Shown here one piece after another: positions 36,071-45,972 of a stretch of 64,000 nucleotides of DNA. The stretch lies in IMG/VR virus record IMGVR_UViG_3300014050_000017, positions 16,134 through 80,133 of that record, one strand, 5' to 3'. Each line of letters opens with the position of its first letter. The first letter of the stretch is position 1. This DNA comes from a virus. A program made the position numbers and the translations under genes. The notes under the pieces were generated by a model. It had not been told where the DNA came from, did no database searches, and worked only from the letters and a program-made list of their open reading frames with translations.

Positions 36071-36472
36071 TTATGCCTTCCTGATTAACTCGCCAGACCT
36101 GCTGAAGAATCCGCTAGTCAACTGTAATGATTGAGTCAATGTGACAAGACCCTTTCTATATTCTATCTCAACTTCAATAAGACCATTATCTGTATCTACA
36201 ATTGGGTTAACATTTAATAGCTCTAAACCTGGAAGCCAGGTAGCAAAACAAGTAGCTACTGAGCTTCTAATGGTCTCGGTGCTTTCTTCTATGTTCTCAA
36301 ATAAAGACCTATTTACATCACTACCAAAGTTTGGACGCATAACTCTCTCGCCAAACTTAGTCATAACAGTCAACAGTACTTGGTCTTGGATAATCTTTTT
36401 TTCATCAGTAGTGTAAGCAACTTCTCCAAGAGAGTTAAAAGAAAACGGCAGGGATATAGCACGCTCGCTCAT
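36071..36472 (-). CDS. baseplate wedge gp25/GpW-like protein
   Basis: T..GERVMRPNFGS....LFE. Confidence 0.9.
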   Translation of the reverse strand: MSERAISLPFSFNSLGEVAYTTDEKKIIQDQVLLTVMTKFGERVMRPNFGSDVNRSLFENIEESTETIRSSVATCFATWLPGLELLNVNPIVDTDNGLIEVEIEYRKGLVTLTQSLQLTSGFFSRSGELIRKA

Positions 36473-37029
36473 AGCTCAACTCCCATCCATACTGGAAAAT
36501 TAGGGTCTCCGCCCTCAAACATAACCCACACTTTTTGACCTATCTTAGGTACTAGTCTATGCGGTGTATGCTCAGGTGTCAGGTTTGTCTCCTGGTCATC
36601 GTTCCATTTGTTATCAGTATCAGCAGTTGTTTCATGTTCATGGTCTAGGTTCCATGTGGAGTCTGGGGTTTTACCTGTGTGGTTATTAGTGTGTGCGTCA
36701 TGAGCGTCATGAGCAAGGCTAATTACAACAGGATGAGTATGCGCTGTTCCCGCTGATGCGGCGCCACTGGTAATAGTGGTCGAATGAGAAGCGTGGGTAG
36801 CGTGTGTAGCGTGAGCCTGTAACAAAGCGGCTACCTCAGACGCTAGGTGCTTTTTGTGGTCTGGATGGTTGCTGTTTGACGTAACTGGCAAACAGCCTCT
36901 AGCCCACTCCGTTGGCTCTTCGCCAAGTACCTGGGGTACTTGCAATCTAATACGGTTATCTTTATCAGGGTCTTCAATATCAATAACAACACCCGAATAG
37001 ATTCCGTAAAATCTCTTATCATCAATCAT
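36469..37029 (-). CDS. baseplate central spike (gp5/gpV OB fold) with His-rich insertion
   Basis: YGIYSGVV....DP....RIRLQVPQV, WA..C.P, P.IGQ.VWVMFEGGDP.FPVW. Confidence 0.8.
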   Translation of the reverse strand: MIDDKRFYGIYSGVVIDIEDPDKDNRIRLQVPQVLGEEPTEWARGCLPVTSNSNHPDHKKHLASEVAALLQAHATHATHASHSTTITSGAASAGTAHTHPVVISLAHDAHDAHTNNHTGKTPDSTWNLDHEHETTADTDNKWNDDQETNLTPEHTPHRLVPKIGQKVWVMFEGGDPNFPVWMGVEL

Positions 37030-38366
37030 CGAAGGGCCTTTGCTCTTAATCTGTCAGTAACTGCCTTGGGTTTATTAACCTTAGGAGGTGCTGGTATTTT
37101 AGGGGTAGGGCTAGCAGCTCGCCAAGTAGATGGGGTTCTTACTTTAGTTGTTGTTTTTTTTCTGTTATCAATTTTACCAAAGCTGCCCTGTTTTCTATTA
37201 CTGGTTCTACGGTTACTCTTAATCAGCTTACTGTTAGGGTTTCTTTTAGTTTGCGATACTCCTGGAGAAATAAATCTTGTAGGGGTATCTGGTGGGGATG
37301 TGATTAGAGTGCCATCAGCCCATCTAGTTGCTCCGCCAACAGCGTCAGAACCAACGTTTATATTAGTAGTATATGTGTAAACGTTTCTTTCAGTTTCTAC
37401 AATTACATGCTCTGTGCCTAAGACGGTCCAATATCCAGAATAGGTATCGCCAACTCCCTGAAGATATACAGGAATGTTAGGTCTAATCGATGGGTCTCCC
37501 AAAACAGATGCGCTCCCACGGTATGGAAATGCGGTTCTTGCCTCAGCTGCTTGAGACTCAAACTTGGCAATCTCTGGGTTAGGGGTAACCGCTAAAGACT
37601 CAAACCTATCAAAAAACTCTTCTTGGCTTACGCTTCTTGTCTTAGCGTTTCTTTTTTGTACTGTTTGTTTAACAGGTACCTTAGAAAATCTATCAACACC
37701 AGTTACAGCAACTGCTGCTTTTGGGTTTCCATCCCAATCAATAGACTCACCAATTACTGGTCTGAAAGAGTATAGGGTTGAACCCTTAGGGTTTTGAGCA
37801 TCTCGTAGTATGAACTTAGGGCATTGCGTACGGTATCTTTGGTAGTCTGTAAGTATAGGTTCAAAATACACTTCAGTGTTTTCAGCTCGTAGTGTGTATC
37901 CAACCTGCTTAGCAAGTCTTACAGCCATTTGCCAACCTGTGTAGCCAGCCTGTGATATTTGTTCAAACACTCGTTTGTGAGGCACACCAATAAAGTTTAA
38001 TTTATGCTGTAACGCAATAGCCTTAACCACTTGGTCAGCCGTGTGCTCTCGATACACTTTTTGAGACGCCTGTTTCATAGGAAACGACCCGCCAATAACT
38101 ACTACATCGGTATAGTTTTTACCAGGAGTAATGCTTGGTTGAATGTGATGTACGTATCCAGTAAAATTTCTAGAAGTCTTATCTCCAGTTATAGAAGCTA
38201 GCACTGGAGTACCAGCTTTTATAGTGTTATAAGAGGGGTCCCAATCTCTGTAGGTAAGCACCAACATTTCATGCTCGTATACTTTTTGGTACAAGACAGC
38301 TTTATAAATGAATTGTGGTTCATCAGCATTGCCATCAGGAAAGGTTACCTTTATTGGTTTAAACAT
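37026..38366 (-). CDS. baseplate hub (gp27/gpD/VgrG-like)
   Basis: Position; Q...T.WQ...RLA...GY, G.P.IRP...V.L.G.G..YSG.W.V. Confidence 0.8.
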   Translation of the reverse strand: MFKPIKVTFPDGNADEPQFIYKAVLYQKVYEHEMLVLTYRDWDPSYNTIKAGTPVLASITGDKTSRNFTGYVHHIQPSITPGKNYTDVVVIGGSFPMKQASQKVYREHTADQVVKAIALQHKLNFIGVPHKRVFEQISQAGYTGWQMAVRLAKQVGYTLRAENTEVYFEPILTDYQRYRTQCPKFILRDAQNPKGSTLYSFRPVIGESIDWDGNPKAAVAVTGVDRFSKVPVKQTVQKRNAKTRSVSQEEFFDRFESLAVTPNPEIAKFESQAAEARTAFPYRGSASVLGDPSIRPNIPVYLQGVGDTYSGYWTVLGTEHVIVETERNVYTYTTNINVGSDAVGGATRWADGTLITSPPDTPTRFISPGVSQTKRNPNSKLIKSNRRTSNRKQGSFGKIDNRKKTTTKVRTPSTWRAASPTPKIPAPPKVNKPKAVTDRLRAKALR

Positions 38367-38640
38367 TAGGTATCCTAAGTATTGTTCCAGGAGCTATGTT
38401 TAATGGGTCTGTAATCTCAGGGTTGTAATCTAATATGTACCACCACATTGAAGGACGTCGATAGTATTTATGAGCTATTTGGTCTAGTCTTTCTCCGCTT
38501 GCATACGTGTGAGTAAAAAACGATAAAAAACCTATGTCTGGAAAATCGTAAAATACAGTTGGATTCTCTGGTCCATTAGGCGTTACAGAAAAAAAGTCTA
38601 CGATAGAGTCGTCATATCTAGAGCCAATATAGATTGTCAT
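38359..38640 (-). CDS. LysM / tail X-like baseplate protein
   Basis: GERLDQIAHKYY....WW.I.D.NP...DPL.I.PG..LRIP. Confidence 0.85.
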   Translation of the reverse strand: MTIYIGSRYDDSIVDFFSVTPNGPENPTVFYDFPDIGFLSFFTHTYASGERLDQIAHKYYRRPSMWWYILDYNPEITDPLNIAPGTILRIPNV

Positions 38641-38647
38641 GTTTATC

Positions 38648-39859
38648 CTAAGCGATAGTAGAGCCTGCGAATGCAGCGCAAGAGAAGGATACAGTTGTTC
38701 TAAGAGGAATCATGGTTTCAGTAAACATAATATGATTTATGTTTAAGCTGGTAATCCAACCAACAAACGACAAAGACTTTGTAGCATCTGGTCCAAGTCT
38801 AAAAGCCAATAAGGATGGTGAGAGGAATCCAATATTTGCTGTAGGCTTCTTTAACAATGTGGTCCATGTTTTGTTTTTATCTTTAGGGTCAGAACCAATA
38901 CCTGTTCCGTTCAACGCTTTAAACAAATACTCTAGGTCAGCCATAGTTCCATAAGCTGCAAGGTCTTTAAGTTTTTGCAGCTTTTTGGTTGCACTAGCCT
39001 CTCCATAACCATACTTATAGTAGTTGTCTATAAAGAACTGTAACTTTTCTGGGTTGTTTGCCCACTCTTTAATACAGGCAAAATCGTTTACTCTATCAAG
39101 GGTAATGGTAAAACTATAAGTCTCTTGACCAGGAAAGGCTCCAGCAACGCTTCTAAATCTATCGGCAGATGATGGCGTTACATCCATGTTTCTTTCAATG
39201 TTTTGTTGAATCGTCTCTGGGTTCCAAAGAAATTGAAAACCAAAAGCATAGTTGTTCTTGCCGCTTCGGTCTCCAACTTTACTTTTCTTTTCAGCATCTT
39301 TTTTTGCCTGCTCTGCAGAAGACGTAGTGATTTCTAAAGACTCACTGTCTACAGTAGACACAAGACCACCATCATCCCAATGCCAAATAACTCCACGACG
39401 TTCTCTGTGGATACTATTTCCTAAAGGATTGTTGTTAACAAATATGCCGTCATCTGTCATGCCGTTTCTTAAAACCTCAACGGGTCTTACAGGCAAGCTC
39501 CAAGCATGAGGAGGTAGATTAAATTCATAGTCGTCTGGCGGAGTATTTCCAGGAAGCTTTGGTTCAGCTGGTCCTTTCTTTTTTCTCTTCTTATTTGTTG
39601 TTCCACCAGTGGTGCCTGTTCCATAGGTTTTTTTAATAGCGTCTACTTCTACTTGAGAATACACAGCGGATTGAGGTGGACGTGCTCCTCTTCCAACGGC
39701 AGGACCTACTGTATAGTTAGGGTTAGCAGCGGTCTGGGCAGCAATGGCTTCTGAAGACTGATATCTAATATATCCTCTACCACCTGGGGCGTTTACAGTA
39801 GGAGGTATTAAAACACTTGCAGTCTTTTTGTTTAGCTCTGACGAACTTTTAGATGGCAT
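38648..39859 (-). CDS. tail tube initiator / baseplate hub-associated protein
   Basis: FQFLWNPETI, F.G.I.SL.I.H..F...M.P.R; between the TMP and LysM genes. Confidence 0.6.
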   Translation of the reverse strand: MPSKSSSELNKKTASVLIPPTVNAPGGRGYIRYQSSEAIAAQTAANPNYTVGPAVGRGARPPQSAVYSQVEVDAIKKTYGTGTTGGTTNKKRKKKGPAEPKLPGNTPPDDYEFNLPPHAWSLPVRPVEVLRNGMTDDGIFVNNNPLGNSIHRERRGVIWHWDDGGLVSTVDSESLEITTSSAEQAKKDAEKKSKVGDRSGKNNYAFGFQFLWNPETIQQNIERNMDVTPSSADRFRSVAGAFPGQETYSFTITLDRVNDFACIKEWANNPEKLQFFIDNYYKYGYGEASATKKLQKLKDLAAYGTMADLEYLFKALNGTGIGSDPKDKNKTWTTLLKKPTANIGFLSPSLLAFRLGPDATKSLSFVGWITSLNINHIMFTETMIPLRTTVSFSCAAFAGSTIA

Positions 39860-42126
39860 TAGTTACCTGCTGCTTTCGCTATTGTTTCTTGGCTAGTAAG
39901 AGCCGCCTTGAGAGCAGCTACGTTTGCTTCTGGGTTACCGACACCGCTTAGGTTTACAGTAACTCCTCCGTAGTTATATGTAGTGCTATTAGGCGCCTGT
40001 ACTGGACCAGCACCAATAAAGTCTTTTACAAAACCTGCTAAAAGATTTCTACTAGTATTGTCTCCAGACTTTAAGAAATCTCCCATTGAGAACCTTGCAG
40101 ACTTTTTATCTTCAGATTCTCCACTAGGTCCTCCTTTACCAGGACCTTCACCGTAACCCCCGCCGCTAGAACCAAGCATGCCTTTATAGGTTCCGTCGCC
40201 ACCAGCCTTGCCTGTTCTCCAAGCAGAGTTGTTTACGGCAGTTAGGATTGCTTCTTTGTTACCCTTTTTAATAGCTTCAACAATTGCTGTGTAACCGCGT
40301 TCTTTTGCCTTGTTGCCAGTAAGGGTATCGATAGTTGCATCAAAACCTTGCTCCCAAGATGTATAAGCTTTAACACCTACTGGGTTCATAGACTTAGCGC
40401 CAGTTTTATTAAGTGTAGTGTTTAGTGGATTGAACTCTGCTGTGTTAACCCAGTGTCCTCCCTCAAACCTCATCCAGGTCATCAACGCATCGATGGCCTC
40501 ATTAGTGGGCTTCTTTGCGCCTAGTCTTTTTGCTAATTCTGTTGCCCATGATTTAGCGCTATAGCCACCAGCGGTAACATCCCCGCCGTCTCCTCTAAAT
40601 GGGTAGTTCTTTAATTCATGGTTAGGAACAATACGACCATCAACGTGAGGTACGAATAGCTCTGGTCCGCGCTCGCCGACAACGTATGGGGTTTTATTTT
40701 CTACACTACCGCCGTGCTCACGCTTTAATAGATAGCCTGCCCATGCCGCGTTCATAAATGCGCCAGCACCGCCAGCAACTCCAGAGGATAAGGTTTCTCC
40801 ACCGCTCTTGAAGAATCCAATGGTCTTTAATACTCCAGCAAACCTATCAATAAGGTTAAAGAACCCATTCATGTAACCAAGAATTCGGTTAGCAAATGTA
40901 AATGCCGCAGCCATAGTTGGCGCTACCTGTTGTAAGGTAGTCATAGACTGAGCAGTTCTTTCGCTGATAGAACTTACGGCAGCAGTGGTTGCTCCGTACT
41001 TTTCTCCTAGCTTCTTGAGGTCTCTGCCTGCAAATCGTTGACCACCACTTCGTGCCTTAAGCATAAGGCCATCTTCTATTTGCTTACGAAGAAGGGGGTC
41101 GTTTCCAAAATATTGGTCAAGCATAGATGCAAGAGCATTACCAGGCTGTAAAGATATCTGTACATCTTGTACAGTGATTGGTTCACTGCCCATTTTTTCT
41201 CTGTTTAACTTAGCCCAAATCTCATCAATAATCTGTGGCATAGGCTTAAGGCTGCCGTCCTCACCACGGATACGAATACCGATACCACGTAGCATGTTGA
41301 CGTTACGCGCTTGTTGAATAGAGCCATATGCACGTGCTGAACCTTCAACACCCATACCTGGAGTAATGTTTGACATCTGTGCAGAACCCAAAGCAACGCC
41401 AAGCATGCTAGGACCACCAATACCAAACTGTCGGAAGGTCTCCATCATCTTTGCTGGGTCCATCTTTGAGGTTATGGTTCCCTGCTTTGCAATCTCTTGT
41501 AGAAGAACAGTTGCTTCTTTATACGCTTTATCTTGTGAATTTTTTGTAGCGTCAAGGAACCCAGCAACAGGGTTATTGTTAAATGGCTGAACCTGTCCGT
41601 CAGGTCCGCGACGTCCTAAACCAGCTGCTGTTAAACCAGCCTGCTGTTGGTAAAACACCATACGAGAAGTTGCTAATTGCATTTCAACAGCTTCTTTGGT
41701 TCCTGGCATCATAGCCATGCTGCCAGCTCCTGCAGCAAATAGCGCGGTGCCTCGTGCAAAGGTGCGACCGCTACCGTCTCTATCTATAGGTGTGGCATTT
41801 CCATACTGAACGTTAGATGACCTAACATCAACAGGGTATGGTGGTCTGAAAACTAAATTAGAATCTGGCCCTCCGCCAGGAGGAAATACATTACCTGAAC
41901 CAGTTACAGTAAATACTGGATATGGGGCAACTTGGTTTGAGGCAGGGCCGCCACCATAACCGCCCCCGCTATCTCCAAAGCCTCTTAACTTTCCTAATGC
42001 AGAGGATAGGCTGTTACCCCAACTAGCTGTTGAAGAACCAATGGCTGAGAAGTCACGACGAATATCGGAGGCATAGCTCCGCAACTGTGACAGTAGGTTT
42101 AAAGACTTGATTGGGTCTTCAGCCAT
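39859..42126 (-). CDS. tape measure protein with C-terminal lysozyme-like domain
   Basis: Follows the chaperone; A/G-rich helical; VGERGPELFVP; W..FEGG...FNPLNTT putative muralytic motif. Confidence 0.8.
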   Translation of the reverse strand: MAEDPIKSLNLLSQLRSYASDIRRDFSAIGSSTASWGNSLSSALGKLRGFGDSGGGYGGGPASNQVAPYPVFTVTGSGNVFPPGGGPDSNLVFRPPYPVDVRSSNVQYGNATPIDRDGSGRTFARGTALFAAGAGSMAMMPGTKEAVEMQLATSRMVFYQQQAGLTAAGLGRRGPDGQVQPFNNNPVAGFLDATKNSQDKAYKEATVLLQEIAKQGTITSKMDPAKMMETFRQFGIGGPSMLGVALGSAQMSNITPGMGVEGSARAYGSIQQARNVNMLRGIGIRIRGEDGSLKPMPQIIDEIWAKLNREKMGSEPITVQDVQISLQPGNALASMLDQYFGNDPLLRKQIEDGLMLKARSGGQRFAGRDLKKLGEKYGATTAAVSSISERTAQSMTTLQQVAPTMAAAFTFANRILGYMNGFFNLIDRFAGVLKTIGFFKSGGETLSSGVAGGAGAFMNAAWAGYLLKREHGGSVENKTPYVVGERGPELFVPHVDGRIVPNHELKNYPFRGDGGDVTAGGYSAKSWATELAKRLGAKKPTNEAIDALMTWMRFEGGHWVNTAEFNPLNTTLNKTGAKSMNPVGVKAYTSWEQGFDATIDTLTGNKAKERGYTAIVEAIKKGNKEAILTAVNNSAWRTGKAGGDGTYKGMLGSSGGGYGEGPGKGGPSGESEDKKSARFSMGDFLKSGDNTSRNLLAGFVKDFIGAGPVQAPNSTTYNYGGVTVNLSGVGNPEANVAALKAALTSQETIAKAAGN

Positions 42127-42287
42127 TATGTTCCTCTATATCGTTGTGAACGCTCCAACCAGTTCTTTCTTTCACGAACTGAAAGGTTGCGTATATCTGT
42201 TAGGGTCCAACCAGGAAAGGTTCTTGTTAGAACCTCATACTGGTCCAGAAGGTCTTCGTAATCGGTTTCGCTATATACGAAACAAAT
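42126..42287 (-). CDS. tail assembly chaperone C-terminal extension (start-less, frameshift-fed)
   Basis: Open +1 frame (..YEDLLDQYEVLTRTFPGWTLTDIRNLSVRERKNWLE..) ending TAATG into the TMP; no ATG/GTG; overlaps the chaperone end at TTT-CGT. Confidence 0.7.
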   Translation of the reverse strand: MCFVYSETDYEDLLDQYEVLTRTFPGWTLTDIRNLSVRERKNWLERSQRYRGT

Positions 42288-43065
42288 CTAGCAAGCTAAG
42301 TGGTAGGTCCATTAACTCACCACATGCCTTGCAAGCCTTCTTCACCTCCCCTAGGCGTGGGCCTGGGTTACGTGCGATAATCTCATCGATTATCTTTGTG
42401 CGGTCTGCCATGCCAAGTGCAAGTGCAGTTCCCGCGCCAACAGATGGTGCTCCATTTAGTGAAACAATACAACCAGATAGTAATAGGGTATTAATTTCCG
42501 CTGGCGTCTTATCAACATTTTCCATAAGACGCTTTTGTGTTATTCCGTTAGGAAGTGCAACGACGGCTGTTCCCAGCTTAGTCTTTACCTCCCATTGCCT
42601 ATCTTCAATTGGGTCTTCTAGAGCTTTCACTGGAACATCAGTAGCTAAATCAATAGATGCGGTGTGCTCATCGTTACAGGAGAAGCACCGAACCTTTAGG
42701 TCTACTGTTGGTCCAAATGTTACCTTTCTGATACCCAATAGAATCGCGTCGCGGTCTCCCGCTAGCAAGATATCTAGGTCAGTAGAGGTGGCATTTTTAT
42801 TACCAAGCTTTACTAGACCTCTTTGTAGAAGAGCATTAAGGGCTTTGCCAGAAGAACCAGTCTTAGCAACTGCCTCTTCATCTGAGCCTGTAAGCTCTTT
42901 TACCTCTGCCGTAGTGTGTAGCACACCATCTAGGTCTACAAACCCACCAGGCAGTTGTACCTCAGACTCTGAAGGGGCCAGCGTTTTAATCTGTTTCGCT
43001 GGCTCCTCCATAGCCTGTTCAGCAAACTTAGCTACAAGTTGTGCATCCGTAATAATTTCTGACAT
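42271..43065 (-). CDS. tail assembly chaperone (T4 gp26-like, Zn-binding)
   Basis: V.LPGG, ELTG.DEE, GDRD.ILL.IR..TFG, CFSC, CKACG; between tube and TMP. Confidence 0.8.
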   Translation of the reverse strand: MSEIITDAQLVAKFAEQAMEEPAKQIKTLAPSESEVQLPGGFVDLDGVLHTTAEVKELTGSDEEAVAKTGSSGKALNALLQRGLVKLGNKNATSTDLDILLAGDRDAILLGIRKVTFGPTVDLKVRCFSCNDEHTASIDLATDVPVKALEDPIEDRQWEVKTKLGTAVVALPNGITQKRLMENVDKTPAEINTLLLSGCIVSLNGAPSVGAGTALALGMADRTKIIDEIIARNPGPRLGEVKKACKACGELMDLPLSLLDLFRI

Positions 43066-43090
43066 CTTATACTCCTATTTCATATCGTTA

Positions 43091-43747
43091 TTAAACGATT
43101 GCTTTGCGGTCTTTATCCACGAAGGTGACCGATAGACCTTCATGTACAAGCGACATAGATTCAAATAGAATCGCGCCGTCCGCAGCATTTAGGTCTGTAT
43201 AGTTTAGCGTAGTAATCCAAGCGTTGTGAATCTTGAACGCCATACGAGGAATGTTTGCGCCTTCTTCAGTGATGCCCTTTGTGTTTGGGTGGTCCATTAC
43301 ATAAAGGTTGATATCTACACGGAAGCTCTTAGATGTTGAAGTATCTGAGCGCATTGCGATACCTTCACCAGATGCTGCGGCAAATAGACCACGCATCCAT
43401 GTAATAGCTTGGTCATTGCCAAATAGCACGCCACGCTGGAAGGTAACAGGGGTAAAGGTAGTCATACCAGGAATCTGGTGAACGGTAGTGTTATAGCCAC
43501 CTTCACGATACTGGATAGACTGTGTGTTAATGCTTAGACCAGAAATCTGGCTGAAGCCACCAAGCCAACCGTTGGACTTACCTTCTACGAAAGGGGTCTT
43601 CTTGTCGCTCTGGTTAATTTTTGTGCTAAAAAGATTCTCAGGCTTTCCACCCTCAGCTGCTGCTGGTGAAAACTCTGCAACGAACCGAAACGAGCGTAAC
43701 GGGTCTGACGCTATTGTAGAGAATCTATTGATAATGCTTGTTGTCAT
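43091..43747 (-). CDS. tail tube protein (T4 gp19-like)
   Basis: DPLRSFRF, GFSQISGL, YREGG, PG.T.F..VTFQRG, NAW. Confidence 0.9.
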   Translation of the reverse strand: MTTSIINRFSTIASDPLRSFRFVAEFSPAAAEGGKPENLFSTKINQSDKKTPFVEGKSNGWLGGFSQISGLSINTQSIQYREGGYNTTVHQIPGMTTFTPVTFQRGVLFGNDQAITWMRGLFAAASGEGIAMRSDTSTSKSFRVDINLYVMDHPNTKGITEEGANIPRMAFKIHNAWITTLNYTDLNAADGAILFESMSLVHEGLSVTFVDKDRKAIV

Positions 43748-43761
43748 TTACTGGCTCTCCT

Positions 43762-45264
43762 TTACGCCACAGTAACGGTGGTTCCACCGTCAAACTGACC
43801 AATTTTGATGACCACGAATTCGGCTGGACGCTGTAGAGCAACGCCAACTTCAATGTGTACCTCTCCGTTATCAATAAGGTACTGAGGGTTATTCTCAGCA
43901 TCTACCTTAACGAAGAATGCTTCTGATGGAGTTCCTCCACGAAGACCTCCCTGACTCCAGAACTGGGTCAAGAAAGATGTGCAAGCAGTTTCCAAACGAC
44001 GCCATAGAGCTGGGTCATTAGGCTCAAAGATTGCAAACTCTGTCAAGTCTGTTAGAGACTTGCGTAAGTAAATAAGGCTACGACGTACAGGTACGTACTT
44101 GTCTACATATCCACGCTTTAGTGTTCGTGCACCCATTACAACAAAGCCAGAACCTGGAATAAAACGAATAGCGTTTACAGGAGCTGCTGCGGTGTTAAGG
44201 GCATCAAGGTTTGCGTTTGTAAGTAGGCGTGTTGATACAACACCTGCAAGACGTGCCTGAAGTCCCGCTGGTGCCTTGAATACTCCGCGAGATGTGTCAG
44301 TAGAGGCGATAAGACCAGCAACAGCTGCTCCTGCTCCTACAGTAAGTGTCTTACCTGAGACTGCACCTAGTTCAAGAGTTGGGTCTGAGATAACAAGTGG
44401 TGGATAGTAAACCGCAGCTAAAGAAGATGCAGTGTATGTTCCAGCCAGAGTTAACTGGTTAGCTGGGGTGTCGTTTACGCCATCAACAACAACAAATACG
44501 TCATCGCGTCCTTCAGCATAGCTGATAGCTGCATTAACTACGTTAGCTGATGTCTGACCAGGTAGGTTAAGAACCAAAGATTCTCTAACTGTATCGTGAG
44601 CTGAAAGGCCTGCTGAGTAATCAGTAAGACCTACAGCGTTCCCTGTAGTTCCACCTGATAGAGCTTGGTTAGTTACAACTGCTGGGTTTCTTGTGCTTCC
44701 AGTATTTCCAGAGTTAAGGTCTACAAGAGTGACATAATTAGAAACAGTGTTAACTGTATCTGGTGCATAGCGAGAGTCGGTTGCAGTCATTGAAAGCTGA
44801 GTAAATGTCTCTACGATATCTGCGTCAGTTACTCCGCCGTTATAGATGGTTAGGTCAAAGTATCCAGTTTCAATAGAGTTAGAAACAGAGATGTTTAAAT
44901 CGTTACCCCAACGACCAGCGTTCTTAGCAAGAACCTGTAGTGTTGCAGATGGGCTTACAGCACGGTCGTTCAGAGAGCGTGTAGCTGTCTGTGCGCTTGC
45001 TGCAATGCGGGTTACGTATAGTTGGCTTCCACCATTTGAGAAGAACATATAAACTGCAAGTGGTAGGTCATTGCTTGTGTAAGTATTCCATGAGCCAAAC
45101 TTTGTTACATACTGGCTCCAAGATGTTACCAACGTTGGTGAGCTGATTGGGCCTCGGTCGCTCACGCCGACAAGAGCAGATACAAACTGTGATGCAGCTC
45201 CAGGAAGTGGTTGTACGGGATTTAACGTTTCTTGAACGTATACCCCAGGGCGTTGAAATGCCAT
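43762..45264 (-). CDS. tail sheath protein
   Basis: RPGVYVQE, GVFKAPAG, GARTL, YVPVRR, FEPND..LW, PAEFVVI. Confidence 0.95.
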   Translation of the reverse strand: MAFQRPGVYVQETLNPVQPLPGAASQFVSALVGVSDRGPISSPTLVTSWSQYVTKFGSWNTYTSNDLPLAVYMFFSNGGSQLYVTRIAASAQTATRSLNDRAVSPSATLQVLAKNAGRWGNDLNISVSNSIETGYFDLTIYNGGVTDADIVETFTQLSMTATDSRYAPDTVNTVSNYVTLVDLNSGNTGSTRNPAVVTNQALSGGTTGNAVGLTDYSAGLSAHDTVRESLVLNLPGQTSANVVNAAISYAEGRDDVFVVVDGVNDTPANQLTLAGTYTASSLAAVYYPPLVISDPTLELGAVSGKTLTVGAGAAVAGLIASTDTSRGVFKAPAGLQARLAGVVSTRLLTNANLDALNTAAAPVNAIRFIPGSGFVVMGARTLKRGYVDKYVPVRRSLIYLRKSLTDLTEFAIFEPNDPALWRRLETACTSFLTQFWSQGGLRGGTPSEAFFVKVDAENNPQYLIDNGEVHIEVGVALQRPAEFVVIKIGQFDGGTTVTVA

Positions 45265-45306
45265 TTAGATAATCTCCTTAGTTAGGTTATATATAAAGTC
45301 CATGTA

Positions 45307-45972
45307 TTAAACGATTGTTAGGTCAGAAGGTATAGACGTATTTTCTACTGGATTATTAATGAATACCTCTTCAACAGCCTGAACTCTTTGAGCGGCTACT
45401 GCTGGGGTAAGCTCACTAATTACTCTTACTGTAAAAACGTTACGTAGAAGTCTTCGGTTTCCACTTTCCGAATCCTCAAACGTATCCCTCTTTACATATC
45501 CATCTACAAACATAGAACGCCATCCAGTTTGAGTACCTAGTTGGTTACTTACTGGCAGCTTTCCATATTTAGCTGGAAACTTATTCCACATCTGAAACAG
45601 GATTGCCCTGTCATGTCGTGGGTGTCTTGCGTGTGTGGTTATCTGGTAGATAATGTCAAAAGCAACTGGGATGTCATATTCGTATGTATATCCAGTTTCA
45701 GGCTGCTGGGTTCCCATAAAATCTGTATCAAATAGACGACCTTGATGTTGTCTATCGTTAGCATGAATAATATCCACCAGGTCGATGGTTACAAATGGAA
45801 ACTCTTGCGCTCTAACTTCTACATCTGGATATCCAAACCACACCTTTACTGGTCGGGTTTTGATGGTCCCTGTAGGTCCGTTAGCGGCAGCTGACTTCTC
45901 ATCTGCAACGGTCATTCCTTGAACAAATGTCTTGAGGGCTTCATCCTCAGCGATAAGAAACGGATTACCCAT
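45307..45972 (-). CDS. tail terminator / completion protein
   Basis: Immediately upstream of the sheath; V.VWF..P, FP.VTI.L, YQITT..R. Confidence 0.6.
   Translation of the reverse strand: MGNPFLIAEDEALKTFVQGMTVADEKSAAANGPTGTIKTRPVKVWFGYPDVEVRAQEFPFVTIDLVDIIHANDRQHQGRLFDTDFMGTQQPETGYTYEYDIPVAFDIIYQITTHARHPRHDRAILFQMWNKFPAKYGKLPVSNQLGTQTGWRSMFVDGYVKRDTFEDSESGNRRLLRNVFTVRVISELTPAVAAQRVQAVEEVFINNPVENTSIPSDLTIV

Noticed and set aside
42107-43135. 342-aa + strand ORF
   Set aside because: It is the antisense shadow of the tail chaperone gene, with no recognisable motifs or RBS. The same applies to most + strand ORFs beyond 1700.
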